A stretch of DNA of 64,000 bases, taken from contig DASSIE010000028.1 of NCBI GenBank assembly GCA_035692185.1, forward strand, positions 4,922 to 68,921, given 5' to 3'. Of this stretch, positions 37,846-46,360 are shown piece after piece. Numbering within the stretch: the stretch's first letter is position 1; each line of letters begins with the position of its first letter. The position numbers and the translations under genes were made by a program. The notes under the pieces are model-generated. The model was not told the DNA's origin. It was given only the letters and a program-made list of their open reading frames with translations, and ran no database searches. This DNA comes from Patescibacteria group bacterium. Lineage in GTDB: Bacteria; Patescibacteriota; Microgenomatia; UBA8517.

Positions 37846-40179
37846 TTATAGCTTGGCTCTTCTCACAATCTCAGCCTCTACCAACTTTTCGTCACGGCCG
37901 TATTTAAGTCTACTCATTTCTATTATAATTTCTGCAATTCTAGGATTTTCCATTGCTTTTTGCTTAGTCATGTCTTTTGTTAGGTCGATAGAAAATGGTG
38001 GAACTGGTTCATTGTTTACTATTGTTTTAACGTAAGCATGATAGCGCTCGACATTCAAGAGGTCATCTTCTCCAAAGACTGGGGAAAATTCGTGTGCCAA
38101 ATAACTAGCATCGGTTACCCCAACACGGTATGCAATTATTGTTCCCACGTTGCCAAACACTGCATTCTTAACCTCTTCCTCCACCTGGCCTATAAACTGA
38201 TTGGCAACACAAAGACCAAGTCTATATTTTCTGGCTTCAGACAAGATTACTGCAAAGTCGGGCGTCGCAAAATTCTGAAACTCATCAACATAGAAATGGA
38301 AATCCCGTCTGGCTTCCATCGGCATATCTACCCTACTCATAGCCGCCATTAAAACTCGGGGAACTAAAATTAAACCCAAAAAGTTGGAGTTCTCCTCCCC
38401 TAGACTACCTTTAGCTAAATTGATGAGAAGTATCTTTCCGTTATCCATAACGTCTCTTAAATTGAAAGAACTTTGTGATTGGCCAATAATATTTCTGATT
38501 AATTTATTTGTAACAAATCGGCCAAATTTAGACGTAATGTAATCCAAGACTTCTGATTTGTGAAAGTCTGAAGTCTGGGCAATTTGATCTGTCCAATATC
38601 TACGAATAATTGGGTCTGTTACTTTTGGCAAAAGTTCTTGAACAAACTTGGCATCGGTTAAAATTCTCATAATTTCCACAAACGTACTTCCCGGCTCGGC
38701 CATTGCAGTTAACATGGCGTTCCTTACCGCGTGCTCGAAGCGGGGTCCAACTATTCCGGTTTTGTATGGATCAAAAAGTTTGTACATCATATTAATTACT
38801 GCTGTGGCTGCAAAGTGCTTTTCATCCTCCGAATTTGCCTCCAATAAATTAAATCCCATTGGGCGCTCAACGTCGCTTGGGTTAAAGTAAATAACATCCT
38901 CAGCCCTCTCTGGTGGAATAAGTTTTAATATATCCTCGATTGCATCGCCATGTGGATCCATGAAACAAACTCCTTTTCCTTCCCTAATATCTTGCAGTAT
39001 CATGTCTTTAAGAAGCTCAGATTTTCCAGTTCCGGTTTTACCAATAATGTAGACGTGGCGCATTCGGTCCTCTTTACCAATGTAAACCGGCCGCTTTAGA
39101 CCTCTGTAGTTACTCTCACCTAAATAAAGTCCTTCTGTTGGAATTTGACTAGGAGCAGGGGCACTTTTTGCATTCAGCCAAAAAATATGCGGAGTCGTGA
39201 TTTGGCGGTTCGGAAAATGAAAAATAGTAGCCAACTCTTCTGTATTTAATATTGAAATATGATTTTTAAAAATATTAAACATTGGCATATATCTATAAAG
39301 AAAATCCTCCATAAAAGCGCCTTTTCTGTAAATTTTTCGCCCCCCTAGGCTATTCATGTCTCCTGAAAATTGAGAAAAAGCACCGCTAATATTTGTCACA
39401 TGTCCTTTTGCTGATTCCTCACTATCTGAAACTACTACAACACGAATAGATGTTTCGAATCCAGGTTTGCCTATTTTATTTTCAACTGCCTCTAAAGTTT
39501 TAGCTGGTGTGGAAAATTTAGCTTTTTCAGGATCACTTTCTTGTTTTTTTGTATCACTGATAAATTTACTTCCTTCTTTTTGCCACGAGCTCTCGGCTGG
39601 GGAAATCAAGACCTGAATTGCAGCCGCCTCCCCTGGTCCCATTTTAGCCAGAGCCGAAGTAATTCCACTCATGGGATCAGTTGGTAAATCTTTAAAAGTT
39701 TTAACAGGGTAGAAGTTCCCTTTATTTAATTGGAATGATTTATATGCAACTTTCCCCTCAGGGGTAAAAATATTATATTCATCAACCTCCATTACTTCGG
39801 CATCAGAATATGCGCCGTGAATTTGTTTTTCTACTAAATCTTTTAAATTTTTTGGGGCCCAGACGTAGAACTTAATGTCTTCAAGTTTTGCAACAATCTC
39901 AAAAGAGATTACGGGTTGAATAGAAAATTTTTGCTTCCATCCTCCTTTTTTGATTGTATAAAGGGAAGAAAAAAGCTGTTCCATTACATCGATCTTAATT
40001 TCGTTGTTGCGGGGTAGAGAAACCTGCAAAAGAACTGAGTCAATTGATTTTCCTTCCCTGTCTTTGTTTTTATAAAAAACAAAAGCCATGTAACCTAAAA
40101 TTGATAAAATAAATACAACGACCCCAACCGTTAGCAAAGTAGTAATTATTAAACCAATATCGATCGATGGAATGTACAT
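37846..40179 (-). CDS. Membrane-anchored FtsK/HerA-superfamily ATPase, VirD4/TraD (type IV coupling protein)-like
   Basis: N-terminal TM helices, Walker A GKTGTGKS, DPHGD, Walker B FYVDEF, ARKYRLGLCVANQ. 777 aa. Confidence 0.55.
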   Translation of the reverse strand: MYIPSIDIGLIITTLLTVGVVVFILSILGYMAFVFYKNKDREGKSIDSVLLQVSLPRNNEIKIDVMEQLFSSLYTIKKGGWKQKFSIQPVISFEIVAKLEDIKFYVWAPKNLKDLVEKQIHGAYSDAEVMEVDEYNIFTPEGKVAYKSFQLNKGNFYPVKTFKDLPTDPMSGITSALAKMGPGEAAAIQVLISPAESSWQKEGSKFISDTKKQESDPEKAKFSTPAKTLEAVENKIGKPGFETSIRVVVVSDSEESAKGHVTNISGAFSQFSGDMNSLGGRKIYRKGAFMEDFLYRYMPMFNIFKNHISILNTEELATIFHFPNRQITTPHIFWLNAKSAPAPSQIPTEGLYLGESNYRGLKRPVYIGKEDRMRHVYIIGKTGTGKSELLKDMILQDIREGKGVCFMDPHGDAIEDILKLIPPERAEDVIYFNPSDVERPMGFNLLEANSEDEKHFAATAVINMMYKLFDPYKTGIVGPRFEHAVRNAMLTAMAEPGSTFVEIMRILTDAKFVQELLPKVTDPIIRRYWTDQIAQTSDFHKSEVLDYITSKFGRFVTNKLIRNIIGQSQSSFNLRDVMDNGKILLINLAKGSLGEENSNFLGLILVPRVLMAAMSRVDMPMEARRDFHFYVDEFQNFATPDFAVILSEARKYRLGLCVANQFIGQVEEEVKNAVFGNVGTIIAYRVGVTDASYLAHEFSPVFGEDDLLNVERYHAYVKTIVNNEPVPPFSIDLTKDMTKQKAMENPRIAEIIIEMSRLKYGRDEKLVEAEIVRRAKL

Positions 40180-40185
40180 ATAAAA

Positions 40186-40527
40186 TTATTTAGGCGTTTC
40201 GGAACTTGCCACAACTTTCCAACCAAAAAACATTGCCTTTTTAATAATTCTTAACCAAAAAGCTGCTAACCAAGTTACTGACGACCCAACATCCCCTTTT
40301 GATTGGTTTGTTAAAGCTGTTTGGTCATTTGGAATTGTAACAGTTGTTACTTGTGTGGGTGTAGCTTTAATTAAAGGTTGCCCGCTATCATCCTGCGTCT
40401 GCGACTGAAAAGTCTTCTGAACAACTTTAATTCCACTATCTTGTAGAGTCTCAGGAACTATAAATTCTTCCTGTCGTTCCATAGCCCGTGGAATTTCTGT
40501 TCTTAATGTTTCGGGAGTGGCAGCCAT
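40186..40527 (-). CDS. Hypothetical protein
   Basis: 113-aa ORF immediately upstream of the ATPase. Confidence 0.4.
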   Translation of the reverse strand: MAATPETLRTEIPRAMERQEEFIVPETLQDSGIKVVQKTFQSQTQDDSGQPLIKATPTQVTTVTIPNDQTALTNQSKGDVGSSVTWLAAFWLRIIKKAMFFGWKVVASSETPK

Positions 40528-40574
40528 ACTGATTTATTTTACACCTTTTTAGCTTCTTTCCTAATAAGCGTTTA

Positions 40575-41117
40575 TTACTTTGAAGTCTTCCAGAAATCTT
40601 CTTTAATTCCGTTTTCCAAATTCATACTGCGAGCCAACATAAATAAATAATCAGACAAACGATTCATATAAATTGAAACCGATTCAGGAACTGGTTCTTT
40701 TTTAGCAAAAGCGACAAGCGACCTTTCAGCTCTGCGCGCGAGGCCCCGCGCGAAAAAAAGAAATGAAGCTTCGATACCACCACCATAGAAAATAAAATTT
40801 TTAAGTACTGGTAACGTCCCCTCCCAAACATCTATCTCTTTTTCTAACTTTTTAGTTTTAGTTTTACTAAATTTTAGTTTTCCCCCAGCTAAAATTGAAT
40901 TTATAACAAACAAGTTTGTCTGAATCTCTATTATCTTTTTTTGAAGCTTACTGTCTTTGCCAAAGGCTCTAACAATTCCCAAGACACTATTTAATTCATC
41001 AAGTGCTCCAATAGTTTTAATTTGGCAAGAACTTTTGCGTACGGGAACAAGTTGCCCTGATTTTTTGTCAAAAACGCGAGTTGTTCCTTTGTCACCAGTC
41101 TTGGTGTAAATGGCCAT
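40575..41117 (-). CDS. ATP:cob(I)alamin adenosyltransferase, PduO-type
   Basis: N-terminal MAIYTKTGDKGTT signature. Confidence 0.8.
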   Translation of the reverse strand: MAIYTKTGDKGTTRVFDKKSGQLVPVRKSSCQIKTIGALDELNSVLGIVRAFGKDSKLQKKIIEIQTNLFVINSILAGGKLKFSKTKTKKLEKEIDVWEGTLPVLKNFIFYGGGIEASFLFFARGLARRAERSLVAFAKKEPVPESVSIYMNRLSDYLFMLARSMNLENGIKEDFWKTSK

Positions 41118-41132
41118 TTGGGGGAATTATAA

Positions 41133-43616
41133 CTAGCACTCCGAGTGTCCGCAAGCGTGGCATTTGGCGCAGCCTTCTTCGTAAACAAGAGCCGATGCGC
41201 CGCAGGAGGGGCAAATGTCCCCGGTTTTCATTGTTTCAAAACTAACTTCAGGGGCAGCTTCGGTTTGTGCAGAATTTGCTTGAGAATCAGCACTATCTGA
41301 ACTTACAGAATGCAAGTTAAATCCAAAGTGAAGTCCAATGGCCCTAGCTACTGCGTCAGGTAAGGATTTAACTTTATTTGGCCCAAATCCAACTGAACGG
41401 CCTCCTGAGATTCCCTTCATCTGCATCATAATCTCCCTTGCTCTCTCCTTTGCTGGTAAATGGTTGCCAAACCTTAGGGTGGTAGAAATTAAGCGTCCTA
41501 ATGCCTCGGCAAGCGCTGCTACTTCACTCCCGGCTTTGCCTATCATTATAAATACTTCAAATGGATCGCCCTTTTCATCTTCATTAACTGTAATAAATGC
41601 GTTTCCAAGTGGGGTTGCAATTTTATATGTGGCACCGCTAACTTTAAGTGGCCTTTCTGCCACCAATTGGTGAACGGCTGTTTGGGTTACCTCTTCTTTT
41701 TTAACTTCACCATTTTTAGTTCCAAGATTTAAGACTTGTGCATCCTTACTGCCATCCCTAAATATCGTGATTCCCTTACACTCTGATTCCCAAGCTGCAA
41801 GGTAGCATTTTTTAACATCTTCTGCAGTTGAGTCGTGACGAAGATTTATAGTTTTACTTACAGCATTTTCAGTATATTTCTGGAAGGCGGCTTGGGTTCT
41901 AATGTGCCAAGGGACGTCAATCTCGTGTGCTGTGCCAAAAGTTGCCCTAACATCTGCCGGAATTTCTTCAATTGCTCTCACTACTCCATGTTCCGAAACT
42001 TTTTCCATTAAAGCTTCTGACCAAAAACCCTTTTCTTTTGCAACTTTCTCGAATCTGGGTTCAACGAAGGTCATTTTTCGATCTAAATGTTTATCTTTGA
42101 CAATGTGTTGGAATGCAATTGCAAAAAGTGGTTCACAACCACTTGATGCTCCCGCAATAATTGATATTGTTCCAGTTGGGGCAATTGTAGTTACTGTTGA
42201 ATTACGTCTGGGTTTACCATCTCTGTAAATTGAAAGTGCCCAAAGTGGGAATGGGCCGCGTTCTACTGCTAATTTTTCATCCTCTGCCACGCCAACGTCC
42301 GAGATATGCTTCATAACTTTCTCGGCCAAAACCATTGCCTCCTCACTGTCATAGGCAATTCCAAGTTCAATCAACATATCTGCCCAACCACCAATTCCAA
42401 GACCAATGCGCCTGGAGTTATATACGGTTTTTCTTATCTGGTCGAGTGGATATGGGTTAACTTCAATTACATTATCCAAAAATCTGACTGCATCACGAGT
42501 AACAAGGCTTAATTTATCCCAGTCAACTGTTTTTTCACCCTTTTCTTCTTTAATAAAGTAGCCTAAGAAAATACTCCCTAAGTTACAGGCATCAAATGGA
42601 TAAAGTGGCTGTTCACCACAAGGATTAGTTGACTCAACGGGTCCGAGTGATGGAATAGGATTTGCTGTGCTATTATTAATTCTATCTATAAATATAAGTC
42701 CTGGGTCCCCTGTTCTCCAAGCTCCATTGGCAATCTCGTCAAAAACATGCCTTGCTGAAAGCTCACCCACAACTTTTTTAGTTCTTGGATCAATCAAATC
42801 ATAATTTTCGTCTTTGTAGTAAGCGTCCATAAATTTGTCTGTTAGGGCAACTGAGATATTGAAGTTAGTTATTCCACCCTCTTCTTTACAATGAATAAAC
42901 TCCAAAACATCTGGGTGATCAACTCTTAAGATTCCCATATTAGCTCCACGTCGTTTACCCCCTTGTTTAACTTCATTTGTAGCAGCATCAAAAATCCTCA
43001 TAAAAGAAACTGGGCCCGAAGCAGTTCCTGATGAAGTTTTGACGAGTGACCCATTGGGCCTTAATCTACTAAAGGAAAATCCTGTTCCCCCGCCTGTTTT
43101 ATGGATTATTGCTTGATATTTAAGTGCGTCGAAAATCCCCTCCATAGAGTCCTCAACTGGAAGCACAAAACATGCAGAATATTGAAGACCATTGCCAGTT
43201 CCCGCATTCATTAAAGTTGGTGAATTTGGCAAAAATTCGCGAGACGTCATTAATTTATAAAATCGCTTGGCAATCTCGAGTACTTGTTTTTTATTTTTCC
43301 CCCATCTGGCTTCGGCGGAAGCTATTTCCCAGGCAACTCTCCACATAACATCTTCCGGAGTTTCAATCGGAAGCAAATTTTCGTCTTTAACTAAATATCT
43401 TTCTGATAAGACTTTTAACGCCTGCTCTGTCCACTCTCCCGTAGGGAGATCTTTCGGCATTTCGGGTCTTGTCCCAACTTTTTTCTCGATTTCCTTTTTT
43501 ACTTCTTCATAACTTGGCGCCGTTAAATCGTTTAAAGAAAGTTTTGTTTCACCATTCTTGTAAACAATTTTTTTCTTGCCAACTTGCGCAAATTTATTTT
43601 TTACTTGTGTTTCCAT
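41133..43616 (-). CDS. nrdJ: Class II adenosylcobalamin-dependent ribonucleotide reductase
   Basis: 827 aa, RNR barrel motifs, C-terminal Zn ribbon CPSCG...CAKCHACGHSEC. Confidence 0.85.
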   Translation of the reverse strand: METQVKNKFAQVGKKKIVYKNGETKLSLNDLTAPSYEEVKKEIEKKVGTRPEMPKDLPTGEWTEQALKVLSERYLVKDENLLPIETPEDVMWRVAWEIASAEARWGKNKKQVLEIAKRFYKLMTSREFLPNSPTLMNAGTGNGLQYSACFVLPVEDSMEGIFDALKYQAIIHKTGGGTGFSFSRLRPNGSLVKTSSGTASGPVSFMRIFDAATNEVKQGGKRRGANMGILRVDHPDVLEFIHCKEEGGITNFNISVALTDKFMDAYYKDENYDLIDPRTKKVVGELSARHVFDEIANGAWRTGDPGLIFIDRINNSTANPIPSLGPVESTNPCGEQPLYPFDACNLGSIFLGYFIKEEKGEKTVDWDKLSLVTRDAVRFLDNVIEVNPYPLDQIRKTVYNSRRIGLGIGGWADMLIELGIAYDSEEAMVLAEKVMKHISDVGVAEDEKLAVERGPFPLWALSIYRDGKPRRNSTVTTIAPTGTISIIAGASSGCEPLFAIAFQHIVKDKHLDRKMTFVEPRFEKVAKEKGFWSEALMEKVSEHGVVRAIEEIPADVRATFGTAHEIDVPWHIRTQAAFQKYTENAVSKTINLRHDSTAEDVKKCYLAAWESECKGITIFRDGSKDAQVLNLGTKNGEVKKEEVTQTAVHQLVAERPLKVSGATYKIATPLGNAFITVNEDEKGDPFEVFIMIGKAGSEVAALAEALGRLISTTLRFGNHLPAKERAREIMMQMKGISGGRSVGFGPNKVKSLPDAVARAIGLHFGFNLHSVSSDSADSQANSAQTEAAPEVSFETMKTGDICPSCGASALVYEEGCAKCHACGHSEC

Positions 43617-43632
43617 ATTTTTTATTTTTCAA

Positions 43633-43676
43633 CATTCGATCGATAGATCGGATGAGAATGATTTTCATCATTCTAT
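43633..43676. promoter_or_regulatory. Two palindromes between nrdR and nrdJ, candidate NrdR boxes
   Basis: cgatctatcgatcg and agaatgat-N4-atcattct. Confidence 0.35.
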
Positions 43677-44105
43677 AGCTTTTTCAAAATCACTTAAGTC
43701 TTCAAACTCCAAATATACGCTTGCAAACCTTAACCAAGCTACTTTATCTACCTTTTTTAACTTCTTAAGTATTGCATTACCAATTTTTTTAGAACTAATC
43801 TCTTGGGCTTCTTCTCTCAGCATTTCTCGTTCTATCTCATCGACTATGCTTTCGACAAAATCAAGTGATACTGGTCTCTTTTGTATTGCCCTTAATATTC
43901 CTCTTTTAATTTTCTCTCTATCAAAAGGCTCACGTTTACCGTCCTTTTTAACTACCCAAAGTACACCTGTTTTTACTTTTTCAAATGTCGTAAACCTTTT
44001 TCCGCATTTGGTGCACTCTCTTCTTCTTCTAATTGCACCACCCTCATCAACCATTCTGCTTTCAAGTACCTGTGAATCAATCTTTCCGCAAAATGGACAT
44101 TTCAT
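43668..44105 (-). CDS. nrdR: Transcriptional repressor NrdR
   Basis: MKCPFCG...CTKCGKRF zinc ribbon plus ATP-cone. Confidence 0.9.
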   Translation of the reverse strand: MKCPFCGKIDSQVLESRMVDEGGAIRRRRECTKCGKRFTTFEKVKTGVLWVVKKDGKREPFDREKIKRGILRAIQKRPVSLDFVESIVDEIEREMLREEAQEISSKKIGNAILKKLKKVDKVAWLRFASVYLEFEDLSDFEKAIE

Positions 44106-44324
44106 AAATTTTCACTTGTGAAATAAAAACACACTTCCAGTAGTGACAACGTTGATAATCTAACACTACCCGTAGACGGTCAACTATCAACATTTAGTGC
44201 TAAATATATCAACTTAAGCATGGTGTATGCCTATGATTTTAAATATTCCCGAAGTTTCTGCGGAGATTATTTTTGAAAGAAAAAATGATAATTTTTAATG
44301 GTTCAAATAAGTGAAACAATAATG

Positions 44325-44957
44325 TTAATTAAGCCCTTCAAATGGGTTAATTGGAGCTTGTTCTCCTTTAGAATTTAGGACATCCCTAGACGACTTATAT
44401 GCGTTTTTTGAGTATTCCTCAAACTTAATCACTTCTGGTTTACCGTCCTCCGGAACAAATTTTAAAACATCTTCAATTAATTGTCTGTGTTTTAGGGAAG
44501 ACATTGCAAGTTTCTTTAAGAATGAAGTTGTGTCAATTCCTTTGTTTCTGGCCTTTACCTCCTCGTCTACCGCAATTTGCAAATACTTCTCCCCTTTTGT
44601 AAGTGTGGAAAGAGCAATATCAGGTTTTTTACTCTCGAAAAGAGCTTTTGCAGCTAAAAGTCTCTTGTCAGAAAAAAGAAGTGCCAGTTCTGCTTTTTTT
44701 AAAGGATTAAAGCTAAATATGTACCAGACTCTGTCTCTTACCGCCTTAATTGTCCAAAGTGGATTATCGGGAAGAATTCTCCCTTCGTATGGAATATCAT
44801 AATCAATTTCAGGGGTTTTAATACTCAAATCAGATGGTGTCGGCGAAGGGATAGTTGTTGCTAGGGCGTACGAAATTGAAGAAGTCCTCATTAGGGAAAC
44901 CGAAAGAATAACGAAAGCTAGGGCAAATACTAAAGTTCCGAACAAGTATTTCCTCAT
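44325..44957 (-). CDS. Secreted hypothetical protein
   Basis: Signal peptide MRKYLFGTLVFALAFVILSV. Confidence 0.5.
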   Translation of the reverse strand: MRKYLFGTLVFALAFVILSVSLMRTSSISYALATTIPSPTPSDLSIKTPEIDYDIPYEGRILPDNPLWTIKAVRDRVWYIFSFNPLKKAELALLFSDKRLLAAKALFESKKPDIALSTLTKGEKYLQIAVDEEVKARNKGIDTTSFLKKLAMSSLKHRQLIEDVLKFVPEDGKPEVIKFEEYSKNAYKSSRDVLNSKGEQAPINPFEGLN

Positions 44958-45108
44958 TTGTGGGTAATTGTAATACTACTTTTTTGTTCAATATTTGTCA
45001 AACAAATTGAATAAGCAAATAAGCAAATTACTCAAATTACAAATAACTTTCAAATTATTAAACCATTCAAACATTTATTTGCAGATTTGATTTTTGTAGA
45101 TTTGTTTA

Positions 45109-45765
45109 TTACCGGAAGAGGATGATTGGCCATTCCCAAAGTACGTGAAGGAAAATTGAACCCCAAATATTTTTTGTCCGGGCAAAAATAAAAGATGATC
45201 CCATTCCAAAAATTGCAGTAAGAATTAAATAAATAATCCCTGCCGAAAGACTCAACTTCCATATAAAAAATGCGATAGGAACATGAATAGCTGTCCACAA
45301 TAAGGTTGTAATTAAGTTTGCCATCCATTCATTTTTAGTAACCAACCAAAGCCTACTGAACACATATCCCCTGAAGGAAGTCTCCTCACTAAAAGCGGTG
45401 GCAAAGGAAAGACCAAAAGAAACTAAAAGTGGAGCAGACCCTATGTTGGCCCCGAAATTAAAACCACCGTATTTTAAGAAATTAGTTAGAACACCTTCAA
45501 AGACAAATATTGCGCCGAGTCCTAAAGATAAATAGATTGATGAAAAAAGATTTTTAAATGTAAAACCAAGTGAAGAAATTTCAAAGCCTTCTTTTTTAAG
45601 AAGAAAGAAGAGTGGAATAAGCCAAATAATTGGTTTTACGATTAATTCTTCTACTTCATCTGGAAGTTGAAATAAAAATCTATAAAAAGCCCAAACTATA
45701 ATCAAATAAGTGGCATAAACGGTTACGTTTTTCACAATTGAAGTTTTGCTTGGCAGTTTTGACAT
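45109..45765 (-). CDS. CPBP family intramembrane metalloprotease (CAAX protease-like)
   Basis: EETSFRGYVF motif and downstream His motifs. Confidence 0.75.
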   Translation of the reverse strand: MSKLPSKTSIVKNVTVYATYLIIVWAFYRFLFQLPDEVEELIVKPIIWLIPLFFLLKKEGFEISSLGFTFKNLFSSIYLSLGLGAIFVFEGVLTNFLKYGGFNFGANIGSAPLLVSFGLSFATAFSEETSFRGYVFSRLWLVTKNEWMANLITTLLWTAIHVPIAFFIWKLSLSAGIIYLILTAIFGMGSSFIFARTKNIWGSIFLHVLWEWPIILFR

Positions 45766-45809
45766 GATTTCAGTACTCGATATTATGATACTAGGATACT
45801 AAGAGAAAG

Positions 45810-46343
45810 TCACGCAGGATCGGGTCGCCTAGTATCGATCTTACACTCTTTAAATGATCTATCGATTGCTTTAATTATCATTTCGATTCTATCTCCCGCT
45901 TCAGTTAATGTTATTGTATTTTTTTCATTAGGGAACCAATGAAAAATTAAATTACGAGACAGCTTCCAGGTATCCCAAAGATAATCTGCAAGATCCTGTC
46001 CTCCGCAATGCTTAACAATTTTATTGTAAACCCCCTCTCGCATTAGATTCTTATCTAAAGATGGGTTAAGAGCTTTTCCAATTCTAAAGTGTTTACCAAA
46101 ATAGTCCTCTTCTGTAATAAAACCCAATTCAACAAAAAGTTTTTTCAAAAAACCTTCATAAGCTTTTGCTGCTGGAAAAACAACAAAAGAATAATCATGA
46201 AATTTCATCTTTCCGCCCGGCAGGTCTGCCCCCCAACTATTGACTACAGTTAGTAAAAAATTAGAAGTGGTAATAAGTTTTTGTAGATCCTGGCCCAAAT
46301 AACTCCACCAAATTCGTTGTTCTAGTTGTTCAATAGATTCCAT
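45810..46343 (-). CDS. Hypothetical protein with HEPN-like RNxxxH motif
   Basis: C-terminal ...KLSRNLIFHWF. Confidence 0.4.
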   Translation of the reverse strand: MESIEQLEQRIWWSYLGQDLQKLITTSNFLLTVVNSWGADLPGGKMKFHDYSFVVFPAAKAYEGFLKKLFVELGFITEEDYFGKHFRIGKALNPSLDKNLMREGVYNKIVKHCGGQDLADYLWDTWKLSRNLIFHWFPNEKNTITLTEAGDRIEMIIKAIDRSFKECKIDTRRPDPA

Positions 46344-46360
46344 ACAGTATAATTTAAGCC

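Noticed and set aside
45050-45328. 92-aa ORF overlapping the 3' end of the CPBP protease gene
   Set aside because: It is out of frame with the protease gene on the same strand, and the protease gene carries the conserved motifs.
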